Source: Candidatus Parachristensenella avicola (lineage in GTDB: Bacteria > Bacillota > Clostridia > Christensenellales > UMGS416). From it: DNA of 64,000 bases. The stretch covers positions 129,409 through 193,408 of the forward strand of contig CAJFUN010000023.1 of NCBI GenBank assembly GCA_904420205.1, written 5' to 3'. A model generated the notes under the pieces. It ran no database searches, was not told where the DNA came from, and worked only from the letters and a program-made list of their open reading frames with translations. Numbering within the stretch: the first letter of the stretch is position 1; each line of letters begins with the position of its first letter. The position numbers and the translations under genes are program-made. Positions 21,716-31,940 of this stretch are shown piece after piece.

Positions 21716-22429
21716 CTATAAATGCCGGATCATGGCTTGGTTCAGGGGATCGTACATCCCCCGGGGCAGGGGAAGGCACACACCGTTGTCCAGAAAAATA
21801 TCCGTCCGGCTCACACGCCGGATGCGTCTAAGGTTAACAAGATAGGAACGCCCAGCCCGGAAGAAGCCCTCATCCAGCTGGGCTTCCAGCTCCCGCAGCG
21901 GACGCTTGAGGGTGTAGTCCCTCCCGGCATGGATGGTAACATAGTTACGATCCGACTCCAGGTAAACGATCTCCCGCAGGGGCAGGCGTACCGCATCCCC
22001 CGGAAGCTCCAGCAGCAGAGTGCGGCCAGACTGGGCCAGATGCCGTACAGCGCGATCCAGCACGGTTTCCAAATGCGCGGAGGACAGCGGCTTCATCAGA
22101 TAGTGCAGCGCCTCCACCTCATAGCCCTGGGCGATATAGTCGCTATAGCCGGTAATAAAGACAAGCTGCCCGCAAAAGCCCCTTTCACGCAGGTCCCGGG
22201 CCAGATCTACCCCGTTCATGCCCCCCATTTCTATATCCAACAGCAGGATATCCGGCTCGCCGCCGTTGGGATGGGCGAAAAGGTATCCCTCTGCCGAGGA
22301 ATATTCCTCGCAGGAGAGATGATGACCCCGTTCAGCGGCCCAATGCTGCGCCAAGGACAGCGCATAACGGCTGGCGGCGGGATCATCGTCGCAGATGGCG
22401 ATGGTATAATGCACAGCGTATCCCTCCAT
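21716..22429 (-). CDS. LytTR-family response regulator
   Basis: Receiver IAICDDDPAAS...DILLLDIEMGGMNG; LytTR region IVYLESDRNYVTIH...FFRAGRSYLVNLRRIRRV. Confidence 0.93.
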   Translation of the reverse strand: MEGYAVHYTIAICDDDPAASRYALSLAQHWAAERGHHLSCEEYSSAEGYLFAHPNGGEPDILLLDIEMGGMNGVDLARDLRERGFCGQLVFITGYSDYIAQGYEVEALHYLMKPLSSAHLETVLDRAVRHLAQSGRTLLLELPGDAVRLPLREIVYLESDRNYVTIHAGRDYTLKRPLRELEAQLDEGFFRAGRSYLVNLRRIRRVSRTDIFLDNGVCLPLPRGMYDPLNQAMIRHL

Positions 22430-22576
22430 GGGTAGTTATTTCATCAGTATACCATATATGAAGGGAAAAGCTTCCGGCATTAGCTGAGAAGTCTGTTAAA
22501 AAAGTCGGGCGCTTATCCCTCTGACCCGCTATAATAAAGGGGCTTCATGAAGAATAAACGGTTGCAGGAGGCATCC

Positions 22577-24067
22577 ATGGAGGATTATTCGCATGTGGTG
22601 GCGGCGGTAATCGCCTATATTGAGGCGCGGCCGGAACGGCTCGAATATGAGGAGCTGTCCCGCTCGGTAGGCCTGTCCCTCTCTCAGATACGGGCACTGT
22701 TCCGGCGCCATACAGGCCAAACGCTGGGCAGGTATGCCCTGGAGCGGCGGATGGCCAGGGCGGCCTATTGGCTGGTTCATACGGAGACGGACATCCTGCA
22801 GCTGGCGCTTCAGTGCGGCTATTCCGGACCGGATACCTTTACCCGGGCCTTTAGGCGGGTGATGGGCCAAACGCCGTCGGACTTTCGCAGACAGCGGCGC
22901 GTGGTGGGTCGGGAGCGGCTGTATAACGGCATATATGGCGTATCGGACAGGATGAAAGGAAGGGAAAACATGAACCAACCGCTCAACGGAGGCATGATTC
23001 TGTATGGCGTTACAAAGGTGGGCTATGGGGTCTATGGTAGCTGCACACCCTACTCCATCTGCTTGAAATCGGTAGCCAACTACCTGGGAGAGGATGTGGA
23101 GCTTCATGATATCATGGTCGGCTGTGGAGCGGCCTTCCGGCTGACATGGAACGTAACCGCCTGGGATGGGGGCAATGTGGATATCTGCTATACCTATGAC
23201 GACTATGACAAGGTATACCGGCTGGGTGTCGAGAGCCTGGGGCGGGCCTATAAAACGCTGGGGCGGGGGCCGAATACCCCCAAGGAGGCCTTTGTCCGGT
23301 TCATCCGGGAGCAGATCGACCAGGGGCGCCCTGTGATCGCCACCGGGATCATTGGGCCGCCGGAGGCCTGCATTGTGACAGGCTACCAGGACGAGGGAGA
23401 GACCCTGCTGGGGTGGAACTTTTTCCAGGACAGTGTGATGTATGGCGGGCTGCCGGCCAGAACCGATGAATCCGGATACTTCATCAGCCATGACTGGTGG
23501 GAGAACACCGATACCCAGGCTTTGATTGGGGTGGGTGAAAAAACCGGGCCGCGCCGCGGGATGATGGATATTTTATCCGGCGCGGCCGAGGTCATGACCG
23601 GACGGCGCAAGGATCAGTTTGCCAAGGGGCTATGGGCCTATGATGCATGGAAGGCGGCCTTGGCCAATGACCGTGACTTTCCGGATAATCTACCCCTGCT
23701 GTCAGAAAGGATGATGTGCCAGGGAGATGCCATGGATTGCCTGGCCGACGGGCGCTTCTGCGCGGCCCGTTTCTTTCGCGCCCTGGCTGCAAAGATGCCG
23801 GAGCAGCCGCTGTACCGGCGCATTGCCGGGGATTTTGAGCGGGTAACCGGGCAGGTGGAGCAAATGGCAGCGCTTCTTGGCGGATGGGGCCGGGGCGAGG
23901 TGCAGATGCGGGAGCTGGCCAGGCGGGAAACGCGGCGCGCCCTATGCCGGCTGATCGATGGCTGCAGGCAGGCGGACGAAGCCGCGCTGGAGGGGATCAA
24001 GCTCCTTGTGAAGCAAATGGAGACGGCTGCCTACCCCGCGGAAAGGGGCGAAAAGGATGGAGAGTGA
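22577..24067 (+). CDS. AraC-type HTH domain fused to BtrH N-terminal-like/papain-fold-like domain
   Basis: HTH: YEELSRSVGLSLSQIRALFRRHTGQTLGRY...ALQCGYSGPDTFTRAFRRVMGQTPSDFRRQ; then GSCTPYSICLKSVANYLGEDVELHDIMVGCGAAF. Start 22577 has AGGAGG RBS; 22547 is the alternative. Confidence 0.7.
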   Translation: MEDYSHVVAAVIAYIEARPERLEYEELSRSVGLSLSQIRALFRRHTGQTLGRYALERRMARAAYWLVHTETDILQLALQCGYSGPDTFTRAFRRVMGQTPSDFRRQRRVVGRERLYNGIYGVSDRMKGRENMNQPLNGGMILYGVTKVGYGVYGSCTPYSICLKSVANYLGEDVELHDIMVGCGAAFRLTWNVTAWDGGNVDICYTYDDYDKVYRLGVESLGRAYKTLGRGPNTPKEAFVRFIREQIDQGRPVIATGIIGPPEACIVTGYQDEGETLLGWNFFQDSVMYGGLPARTDESGYFISHDWWENTDTQALIGVGEKTGPRRGMMDILSGAAEVMTGRRKDQFAKGLWAYDAWKAALANDRDFPDNLPLLSERMMCQGDAMDCLADGRFCAARFFRALAAKMPEQPLYRRIAGDFERVTGQVEQMAALLGGWGRGEVQMRELARRETRRALCRLIDGCRQADEAALEGIKLLVKQMETAAYPAERGEKDGE

Positions 24068-24794
24068 AGCTTTCAGGCGTCAATTGGCTAACCTGGGCAT
24101 CGAAAGGGGCGATACCGTGCTTGTGCATGCCTCCATGCGGGCGTTGGGCACAGCCCGCAGGCCGGAGGCAGTGCTGGAGGATCTGCAGGCGGCTGTGGGC
24201 CCGGCGGGCACGCTGCTGCTGCCGGCATTGACCTATGATGAGGTAACGCCTGAGCATCCGGTTTTTGACTCGGAGAAAACCGAACCCTGCGTCGGGCTTC
24301 TTCCCAGGACGTTCTGGAGGATGCCGGGCGTGGTGCGCAGCGAAAATCCCACCCATTCAGTATGCGCCTGGGGTAGGCTGGCTCACCGGCTTACCGTGGG
24401 GCATGCCATGGATGACACGGCTGTTGGCCCTCATTCGCCCTTCATGCTGCTCCCGCTTTACCAGGGTAAGCTATTATTTATTGGGGATATTCTGCACGCC
24501 TGTACCTTTATGCATGGCATAGAGGAGATTGTCCGGCCTCCCTATATCACAAGGGTGAGACAAACCTATCGGGTCAATGGGCGCCTGCGTAGCTATGAGG
24601 CCTGCGAGGCATATGGTTGGGGCAGCGAATTCCAGCGGGTCGAGACACTGCTGGAAGCACCCGATCTGAAAAAGGGACGGCTGGGCGCTGCCAATGCCTA
24701 TCTTTTGGATACAAGGGCCTTGCTGGCCGCTGCGCTAAGCGCCATGCGCGCTGAGCCCTACCGGTTTGTGACCGATATTTCATCCTATATATGA
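24057..24794 (+). CDS. AAC(3)-family N-acetyltransferase
   Basis: GDTVLVHASMRALG, GPAGTLLLPALTYD, VVRSENPTHSVCAWG, GPHSPFMLLPLYQGKLLFIG. Overlaps the upstream CDS by 11 bp. Confidence 0.88.
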   Translation: MESEAFRRQLANLGIERGDTVLVHASMRALGTARRPEAVLEDLQAAVGPAGTLLLPALTYDEVTPEHPVFDSEKTEPCVGLLPRTFWRMPGVVRSENPTHSVCAWGRLAHRLTVGHAMDDTAVGPHSPFMLLPLYQGKLLFIGDILHACTFMHGIEEIVRPPYITRVRQTYRVNGRLRSYEACEAYGWGSEFQRVETLLEAPDLKKGRLGAANAYLLDTRALLAAALSAMRAEPYRFVTDISSYI

Positions 24795-24811
24795 AGCGAA
24801 GCATATGATAT

Positions 24812-24844
24812 AGCCCGCCTTTCCAGAAGGAAAGGCGGGCTTTG
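24812..24844. terminator. Bidirectional intrinsic terminator
   Basis: AGCCCGCCTTTCCAGAAGGAAAGGCGGGCTTT. Confidence 0.8.
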
Positions 24845-24859
24845 TGCCTACCGGCCGGA

Positions 24860-26215
24860 CTAACGCCCGTGGCCTCCGGCCTCCAGACGGGCCATCCAGG
24901 TATCAAATCGGGCGATAAACTCGGCATTGCTCCGGGTGTGGCTTAGAAGCTCCAGCAAAAGCTCCGTAGCGTCGTCGGGATTTTGGGAGAGCAGCTTGCG
25001 CAGGCGGCCGCTGACAGAGAGCGCTTCGGGGGAAAGCAGATCTTCTTCCCTGCGGGTGCCGGAGCGGTACAGGTTCAGGGCGGGAAAAATCCGCTTCTCC
25101 TGCAGGCGGCGGTCCAGATGCAGCTCCATATTGCCCGTACCTTTGAATTCCTCATAGATGATGTCATCCATCCGGCTGCCGGTATCGATCAGGGCGGTGG
25201 CCAGTACGGTAAGGCTTCCGCCCTCCTCCACCTGGCGGGCTGCCCCGAAAAGCTTTTTGGGCAGGGCGATGGCGGCGGGATCCAAACCGCCGGAGAGCAG
25301 CCGCCCGGAGGAGGGAACCGACAGATTATTAGCCCGGGCCAGGCGCGTCAGCGAATCCACAAGCAGCATAACATCCCGTCCGCATTCCACCTGACGTTTC
25401 GCCTTTTCCAGCGTTTCCTCAGCCAGCTGGCGGTGGCGCTGGGGTGGATCGTCAAAGGTGGAGAAGAATACCTGCCCCCGGACGGATCGCTTCAGGTCGG
25501 TGACCTCTTCGGGGCGCTCGTCCAATAGAAGCACATACAGGATCATCTCCGGGTAGCTTTCCGCTACTGAAGCGGCGATTTTTTTAATAAGCGTGGTTTT
25601 GCCGGCCTTAGGGGGAGAGACGATCAGCCCGCGCTGGCCCTTGCCGATGGGCGCCATCAGATCGATGAGGCGCAGGGCCAGATCGCCTTGGATCCCACCG
25701 CCTTCCAGGGCCAACCGCTGACGGGGATAGATGGGAGTCAGCTCGTCAAAGTGCTTGCGGCGGGCAGCCTGCTCCGGAAGCAGCCCGTTGATGGACTCGA
25801 TATAGAGCATGGCCAGGTATCGCTCGCCTTCCCGCAGCGGACGGGTGACGCCGGCGACAAGATCACCCTCGCGGAGCGAAAAGCGCCGGATTTGGGCGAT
25901 AGAGACGTATACGTCCTTCTGACCATCGTCCAGGGCGCGGAGAAAGCCGTATCCGTCCCGCTGCACCTCCAGCACGCCGCGGGCCTTGCCACAGCCGCCG
26001 GATTTAATCAGTTCCGGTACCGCCGGGTTGACGCCAGCGGACGAAAGCGGCGCGATGGGCTCCGCAGCCTCGGTATCGGTCCGGCCCGGCAGCGTCCGGG
26101 CCAATAGGTCTACAATCTCGCGCTTTCGCAGGCCGGCGGCGAGGCTGATCTTATGATTCTTGGCAAGCTGGCGCAGCTGCGGCAGCCGCAGGGCAGAAAG
26201 TGTTTCTTTTTCCAT
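24860..26215 (-). CDS. rho: Transcription termination factor Rho
   Basis: [64 protein letters not shown]. Confidence 0.97.
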   Translation of the reverse strand: MEKETLSALRLPQLRQLAKNHKISLAAGLRKREIVDLLARTLPGRTDTEAAEPIAPLSSAGVNPAVPELIKSGGCGKARGVLEVQRDGYGFLRALDDGQKDVYVSIAQIRRFSLREGDLVAGVTRPLREGERYLAMLYIESINGLLPEQAARRKHFDELTPIYPRQRLALEGGGIQGDLALRLIDLMAPIGKGQRGLIVSPPKAGKTTLIKKIAASVAESYPEMILYVLLLDERPEEVTDLKRSVRGQVFFSTFDDPPQRHRQLAEETLEKAKRQVECGRDVMLLVDSLTRLARANNLSVPSSGRLLSGGLDPAAIALPKKLFGAARQVEEGGSLTVLATALIDTGSRMDDIIYEEFKGTGNMELHLDRRLQEKRIFPALNLYRSGTRREEDLLSPEALSVSGRLRKLLSQNPDDATELLLELLSHTRSNAEFIARFDTWMARLEAGGHGR

Positions 26216-26442
26216 GAAATGACTCCTTATTAAGATGAAAATGGCATAAGCTCATATCGGGTTCAGTATGGTCAGTGTAAGCCGGAATCATACGCCGGTC
26301 AATGGAATCGTCAAAGGTAGTGCTTTTTCCTGCTGATTCGTGTATCAAGCGCTGAATACGACTTTTATTTTGCTTTCATGACGAAATATGATATACTTAA
26401 GTGACTTGCTATGGTATAAAGGCACAGAGAAAGGAGCAAGCG

Positions 26443-27366
26443 ATGGGCGATGCGGTTTCCGGCCCCACGCTGGGACAGCGGGTCAAAAAGCTTTTGATTC
26501 AGCGACCCCAGGGCATCAACGTGCCCAAAATGGCCTGGATCCTATGGGCAGTCAATATTACGCAGATGGCTGTGCTGGCGCTTTTGCTCATTATGCTGGT
26601 AACCGGCCATGAGAATCTGCCGGACTGGGCGTTGGTCTTTATTTGCCTGACGGTAGCGATGAGCAACGTGATTATGACGCGTTCAGGCCGCACGGTGGCC
26701 GGATACAAGCAGCAGGTGGAGGAGATGGACGAGCTCATCCACAATCAGGACGATCTCAACCGCCAGCTGCGTATGCAGCGGCATGATTTTATCAATCATC
26801 TGCAGGTCATCTATGCACTTCTGCAGATGGATGAGAGCGATCAGGCCATGGAATACATGGATAAGGTATACAAAGACCTGCAGCGGGTAGGCTCGCTGCT
26901 GAAAACCAAAAGCTCGGCGGTGAACGGGTTGCTGGCGGCCAAAAGCGTCCAGGGCGAGAAGCGGGGCATACGCATGGCCTTTGACATTACGACGGGGCTG
27001 GGCGATTTGCCGCTGGAGGACTGGGAGCTATGCCGCGTCCTATCCAACCTGATCGACAATGCAATGGATGCGGCTGAATCGTCGCAGGATGCAGCGGTGG
27101 AGCTGAAGCTTTGGGAGGATATCCAGGGGCTGCGCTTTCGGGTGACGAACCGGGGCCCCATGATTCCCGTGGAGATGCGGGAGCGCATTTTCCTACCGGG
27201 CGTTACCACCAAGGGAGACCGGGGGACGGGTATGGGTCTGCATATTGTGGACAGCATCCTCCGGGAACACGGCGGGGCGATTGAGCTGCATAGCGACGAG
27301 ACGGAAACAAGCTTTGAGGGACGCATTCCGCTGCAGCCTCACCCGGTACAGAAGGGCGACAATTAA
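26443..27366 (+). CDS. Spo0B-like/GHKL sensor histidine kinase with two TM segments
   Basis: MAWILWAVNITQMAVLALLLIMLV TM; RMQRHDFINHLQVIYALLQM; RVLSNLIDNAMDAAE; GDRGTGMGLHIVDSILREHGG. Start 26443 has AAAGGAG RBS. Confidence 0.87.
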   Translation: MGDAVSGPTLGQRVKKLLIQRPQGINVPKMAWILWAVNITQMAVLALLLIMLVTGHENLPDWALVFICLTVAMSNVIMTRSGRTVAGYKQQVEEMDELIHNQDDLNRQLRMQRHDFINHLQVIYALLQMDESDQAMEYMDKVYKDLQRVGSLLKTKSSAVNGLLAAKSVQGEKRGIRMAFDITTGLGDLPLEDWELCRVLSNLIDNAMDAAESSQDAAVELKLWEDIQGLRFRVTNRGPMIPVEMRERIFLPGVTTKGDRGTGMGLHIVDSILREHGGAIELHSDETETSFEGRIPLQPHPVQKGDN

Positions 27367-27457
27367 GCCTCCGCCCTGTATGGATCAGGCAGAAAACCGA
27401 CATCATGGGCGTGGGGCGTGCTATACTACAATAAGTAGAATGAAAGAGGTGGGAGAT

Positions 27458-27961
27458 ATGTCTGCTATGCAATTTCTGCTTTATATGGGGTGGCCGGCGA
27501 TTACCTGCCTGGTACTGGGACTGGGGCTGATGATTTATGAGATGTTTACGCCAGGGTTCGCCGTGCCTGGGATTACAGGGCTTATTCTGCTGGCGCTGTC
27601 GGTCGTCTTAACGGCCCGTTCCCTTTCACAGGCGCTGATTATGATCGTGCTGATCCTGATTGTGTTGTCTCTGGTATTCGTAATTGCGCTGCGCTCCGTG
27701 ACAAGCGGGCGGCTTTCGCGCTCGCCCCTGGTGCTGAAGGAAAGGGCGACCAAGGAGGACGGCTATCTTTCCACCCAAGATATGAACTATTTTGTGGGGC
27801 GCCACGGCATTGCGACAACGGTGCTTCGCCCGGCGGGCACAGCGGATTTTGAAGGCGTCAAGCTGGATGTGGTGACAGAGGGCGAATTTATTGAAAAAGG
27901 CCAACCGCTGGAAGTTATTCGGGTAGAGGGCCGCAGAATTGTGGTAAGGGCCGAATCGTAG
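27458..27961 (+). CDS. NfeD family membrane protein
   Basis: Multiple TM segments; [52 protein letters not shown] (NfeD OB-fold). Adjacent to floA. Confidence 0.88.
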   Translation: MSAMQFLLYMGWPAITCLVLGLGLMIYEMFTPGFAVPGITGLILLALSVVLTARSLSQALIMIVLILIVLSLVFVIALRSVTSGRLSRSPLVLKERATKEDGYLSTQDMNYFVGRHGIATTVLRPAGTADFEGVKLDVVTEGEFIEKGQPLEVIRVEGRRIVVRAES

Positions 27962-27998
27962 GCCTTTTCCAAGGATAGAAGCGAAGGAGGATTTTTTT

Positions 27999-29021
27999 AT
28001 GATCAACCCCATGCTGCTGGCGATGGATGCGGGCGTCGCGTCCATTGTCGGACCGATCATCGTCATTGTACTCATTATTATCTTCCTGGCGGTTTTGTTC
28101 AGCTTTGTGCCGATGAAGCTATGGATCGAGGCCATGGCCTCGGGCGTTCACGTCGGTATCGGCCAGCTGATCGGTATGCGGCTGCGGGGCATTGCTCCGG
28201 TTCGGATTATTTACCCGATGATTAAGGCGGTTAAAGCGGGCCTAACCGTGCAGCTGCCCCGGCTGGAAACCCATTACATGGCTGGCGGCAATGTGGATCG
28301 GGTGGTGAACGCGCTGATTGCTTCGCAAGGCGCGGGGATTGACCTGGGCTTTGAGCGTGCCTGCGCCATTGACCTGGCCGGCCGCAACGTGCTGGAGGCG
28401 GTGCAGATGTCCGTCAGCCCCAAGGTTATTGAAACGCCGGTCGTCGCTGCCATTGCCAAGGATGGCATTGAGCTTCGGGCCAAGGCGCGGGTCACCGTGC
28501 GAGCCAACATCGACCGGCTGGTCGGCGGCGCCGGAGAGGAAACCATCATCGCGCGCGTGGGCGAAGGTATCGTTACTACCGTGGGCTCGTCGGACACCCA
28601 CAAGCAGGTACTGGAGAACCCGGATCTTATTTCCCGCACGGTTTTGAACAAGGGCCTGGATGCGGGGACGGCTTTTGAGATCCTCTCCATTGACATTGCC
28701 GACGTGGATGTAGGCCGGAACATCGGCGCGCAGCTGCAGATGGATCAGGCGGAGGCCGATCGGCGCATCGCCCAGGCCAAGGCCGAGGAGCGCCGGGCGA
28801 TGGCTGTGGCTCAGGAACAGGAAATGGTTGCGCTGGAGCAGGAAATGCGGGCTCGCGTGGTCGAAGCAGAGGCCGAGGTGCCGCGGGCCATGGCCCAAGC
28901 CCTGCGCGAAGGCAAGCTCGGGGTGATGGATTACTACAACATGCAGAACTTGCAGGCTGATACCACCATGCGCAACTCGATTTCCGATATGGGCAATCCC
29001 GCGCCGCAGGATCATAAATAG
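27999..29021 (+). CDS. floA: Flotillin-like protein FloA
   Basis: [32 protein letters not shown]...[21 protein letters not shown]...[37 protein letters not shown]. Confidence 0.96.
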   Translation: MINPMLLAMDAGVASIVGPIIVIVLIIIFLAVLFSFVPMKLWIEAMASGVHVGIGQLIGMRLRGIAPVRIIYPMIKAVKAGLTVQLPRLETHYMAGGNVDRVVNALIASQGAGIDLGFERACAIDLAGRNVLEAVQMSVSPKVIETPVVAAIAKDGIELRAKARVTVRANIDRLVGGAGEETIIARVGEGIVTTVGSSDTHKQVLENPDLISRTVLNKGLDAGTAFEILSIDIADVDVGRNIGAQLQMDQAEADRRIAQAKAEERRAMAVAQEQEMVALEQEMRARVVEAEAEVPRAMAQALREGKLGVMDYYNMQNLQADTTMRNSISDMGNPAPQDHK

Positions 29022-29052
29022 ATGACCGGCCGCGGGAAAGGGAGGTAACGCA

Positions 29053-29736
29053 ATGGATTTAATCGTATGGATCATTGTGATTGCCTGCATTGTGTCCGCT
29101 GTGAACAAGAAGGGGAAAAAGCAGGCCAAACGGCCGCCGCAGGCCCCCAGCAGACCTACCCCTGTGCAGCCTCCGCGCCGGCCTGAGCCGCAGGCGCCTT
29201 CGAGCGCCGGGGCGCAGCTGCTCTCGCAGGCGATGAACGACGCGGTGAGTAGCGCGGCTGCCGGAGGGGCGACCTGGGCTAAAAAGCTGGCGGAAGCCCT
29301 AAAGGAGGACGATTTTGAGGAGCCCGCTAAGGTGAAGGCCGAACCCGACCACAGCCATCAGGGCGTCCATCGGCCCTTGGCGGATTCGGGCGAGGGAGCC
29401 TTTTCCTCGCAGAGCCAGTGGATCGAGCAGCGCGCTCAACCGGCGGAGGCAGCTTCTCCCAAGATGCCGGATCCCTGCCGGGCAACAGCATCCAGAGCGG
29501 CTGATCCTTGCCGGGCGGTGGCGCCTACTGTTGGATCGGTACGCAAGCATGCGGGCGGCGCTCCCCTGATGCAGGGCGGCGAAAACCTGCTTTCCACCCA
29601 TCGAGCCACACGCAGGTCCGGATCGATCAGCCAGCGCAGGCAGCGCATACTGACGGTCGACAGCCAGTCATTGCGACAAGGCGTCGTGTGGAGTGAAATC
29701 TTGAACCGCCGAGGCGGAAGGAGGAGTATCCATTGA
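29053..29736 (+). CDS. Hypothetical membrane-anchored Pro/Ala-rich protein
   Basis: RBS GGGAGG, one N-terminal TM (LIVWIIVIACIVSAV); ends inside the next gene's RBS/start region. Confidence 0.6.
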   Translation: MDLIVWIIVIACIVSAVNKKGKKQAKRPPQAPSRPTPVQPPRRPEPQAPSSAGAQLLSQAMNDAVSSAAAGGATWAKKLAEALKEDDFEEPAKVKAEPDHSHQGVHRPLADSGEGAFSSQSQWIEQRAQPAEAASPKMPDPCRATASRAADPCRAVAPTVGSVRKHAGGAPLMQGGENLLSTHRATRRSGSISQRRQRILTVDSQSLRQGVVWSEILNRRGGRRSIH

Positions 29737-30497
29737 ACCCCATTCGTGTTCTAATTGCCGACGACCAGCCGGGCATGCGGATGATTCTATCCAAAATCCT
29801 GGAGAAGAACGACGCCTTTGAACTTATCGGCGAGGCAGAGGACGGCCAGCAGGCGCTGGAGATCTTTGAACGCCAGAAGCCGGAGGTGGTGTTCCTTGAC
29901 GTGGAGATGCCCAAGGTGGACGGATTGGAATGCGGCCGCCAGATTGCGGATATGGACCCCACGGCATGCCTGATCTTCGCTACGGCTCATGACCAGTACA
30001 TGAAGGAGGCTTTTGAGGTATATGCGTTTGACTACCTGGTGAAGCCCTTTAAGGTTGAGCGGGTGCTGGAAACGTTGGAGCGCATTGCCGAACGGGCCAA
30101 GATTCGCAATGCTCAGGCGGAATCACGCATTGAGGCGGCGGAACGCCGCCAGATGGGATTGGCTAAGCTGCTGATCCGCCATAAGGAAGGCGTCAGCCTG
30201 ATCGATATGGAAGACATCATCCTGGTGCAGCGCGAGGACCGGGCCACAGCCATCTATACGGTGAACGAGCGCGTGGTGACCAGCGAACCGCTGAGCGATT
30301 TAATGGAACGATTGGATAAGCGGCTCTTCTTCCGAAGCCATAAGAGCTATATCATTAACCTGGCCATGGTCAGCAAAATCTACCCTTATGGCCGCTGGAC
30401 CTATGTGGTGAAGCTGAAAGGTACGAAGCAGGACGCGCTGATTACCTATGAAAAGTTTAATGAGATGGAAGAATTCTTCGCCAAAAACAATGGATAA
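29733..30497 (+). CDS. LytTR-family response regulator
   Basis: RVLIADDQPGMRMI...VVFLDVEMPKVDG...DYLVKPFK; LytTR: DIILVQREDRATAIYT...FFRSHKSYIINLAMVSKIYPYG. Start codon could be ATG 29733 or a nearby alternative. Confidence 0.92.
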   Translation: MNPIRVLIADDQPGMRMILSKILEKNDAFELIGEAEDGQQALEIFERQKPEVVFLDVEMPKVDGLECGRQIADMDPTACLIFATAHDQYMKEAFEVYAFDYLVKPFKVERVLETLERIAERAKIRNAQAESRIEAAERRQMGLAKLLIRHKEGVSLIDMEDIILVQREDRATAIYTVNERVVTSEPLSDLMERLDKRLFFRSHKSYIINLAMVSKIYPYGRWTYVVKLKGTKQDALITYEKFNEMEEFFAKNNG

Positions 30498-30510
30498 CGC
30501 GCTTTTTTGC

Positions 30511-30540
30511 CGGGGCCGTCGAAGGACGGCCCTTTTTTGT
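30511..30540 (+). terminator. Intrinsic terminator
   Basis: GGGGCCGTCGAAGGACGGCCCTTTTTT. Confidence 0.8.
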
Positions 30541-30678
30541 CTGAAATTAGAGGAAAAATGAGAGGATGTTCTGGCAGGAATATGGTAAACCCCATCGAAT
30601 ACTACTAATATAGCATGATTTCTCACGAATAAAGAAGTTTGCATAATAAATAAAATGTCGAAGTGGGAAGGATATATC

Positions 30679-31788
30679 GTGGATAAAGACAACCAGGTGG
30701 ATGCAACGGCATACCGGCGCGGGCAAAGCGACCGAATTTTGCTTCTAGGGCAGATGGCTGCGGGGATTCTGCATGATGCCGGAAACCAGATGATGCTCAT
30801 TCAGGGAGCGTTGGGGTTGGCCCAATATGCGCCAGGCGACCCCAACTATGGCCCGACCATGAAAGCGGCCCAACAGGCGGCCGATACGGTGGGGGAATTA
30901 TTGAAGGAAATCCTCTCTTTTATCCGTCCGGAAAAGGGGCGAAATGATCCGAGGGCAGGCGTCTATGGCGACGATGAAATCATGATGATGCTGCCGCTCA
31001 TCCGATCTTCCTTGGGTGGGCGGATCGAAGTGCTTGACCAGCTGAATTCTGAGGATGACCGGATCCATATTAGTGCAGTGCAGTTTCAAAACGTGCTGCT
31101 GAACCTCGTGGTGAATGCCCGTAACGCCATGAAAGGCCAGGGCGTCATCGTGCTGAAGACGGAGAACCTTATGCTCGAGGGCAGGCCCTTTTGGCGGCTG
31201 ACGGTGCAGGACGATGGACCTGGGATCCGTCCCGAGCAGCTGGATAGCATTTTTGAACCCTACTTTACGACCTCAGGCAAGGGCCATGGTTTGGGGCTGA
31301 TGCGCTGCCGGCTGCTGGTAGAGCAAGCAGGCGGCCATATTGTAGCGGAAAATGGGCAGCCGCGGGGCGCATGCTTTACGATAACGTTGCCTGTCATGGA
31401 GGAGCCGCTGGCGGGGAAGGAGGAACCTGAGCTATGTTTAGGCTCCGGCCGCATTGCGATCCTGATGGCCAAGGAGCATCAGGATATGGTTTCCAGCATG
31501 ATCCGGGCGTTGGGCTATACGCCGGTGAACATGCTGGGGCTGATGGATCTCAAGCGCTTGGAACATGATCCGGTGCTTTTGGTCCTGATGGATGAAACAA
31601 AGGCGTTGAGCTCATATCTTAAGGCGATCCCGGCGGACTGCCCCATTTTGGCCATCGGCCAGTTCGATACGGTTATGCGCCAGCCTGATCCCCGGGTTCG
31701 CATGGTGGAGCGGCCCGTTACCCTTTTACGGCTTTCGCACCTGATTCGGGACATCGTGGGCTTTGAGCCGGAGGAGCGGCAGCCATAA
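30679..31788 (+). CDS. Sensor histidine kinase with C-terminal degenerate receiver-like domain
   Basis: GQMAAGILHDAGNQMMLIQGAL, LLNLVVNARNAMKG, GPGIRPEQLDSIFEPYFTTSGKGHGLGL. GTG 30679 has a GGAAGG RBS; ATG 30655 is the alternative. Confidence 0.75.
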   Translation: MDKDNQVDATAYRRGQSDRILLLGQMAAGILHDAGNQMMLIQGALGLAQYAPGDPNYGPTMKAAQQAADTVGELLKEILSFIRPEKGRNDPRAGVYGDDEIMMMLPLIRSSLGGRIEVLDQLNSEDDRIHISAVQFQNVLLNLVVNARNAMKGQGVIVLKTENLMLEGRPFWRLTVQDDGPGIRPEQLDSIFEPYFTTSGKGHGLGLMRCRLLVEQAGGHIVAENGQPRGACFTITLPVMEEPLAGKEEPELCLGSGRIAILMAKEHQDMVSSMIRALGYTPVNMLGLMDLKRLEHDPVLLVLMDETKALSSYLKAIPADCPILAIGQFDTVMRQPDPRVRMVERPVTLLRLSHLIRDIVGFEPEERQP

Positions 31789-31805
31789 TACCGCTGGATA
31801 GAGAG

Positions 31806-31830
31806 AAGTCGGCGTGTGCCGGCTTTTTTA
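31806..31830 (+). terminator. Intrinsic terminator
   Basis: AAGTCGGCGTGTGCCGGCTTTTTT short hairpin plus T-tract. Confidence 0.5.
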
Positions 31831-31940
31831 TGATGAAAAAAGAAATTCGCTTAGGCGGCGCGCGGGGGCGCAAGGTAAGGCTTGAATCAGTATGCGACCA
31901 ATGGTAAAATGTGAAAAGAAGCAAAGGAGGCGAATCATCT

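Noticed and set aside
22529-23491. 320-aa minus-strand ORF
   Set aside because: Antisense to the HTH/BtrH-like gene, which has clear motifs and an RBS.
24057-24794. Acquired aminoglycoside-resistance gene on a mobile element
   Set aside because: No transposase, integrase or terminal repeats nearby; the gene overlaps a chromosomal-looking partner, so acquisition is unsupported.
28242-29129. 295-aa minus-strand ORF
   Set aside because: Antisense to floA, no recognisable domain.
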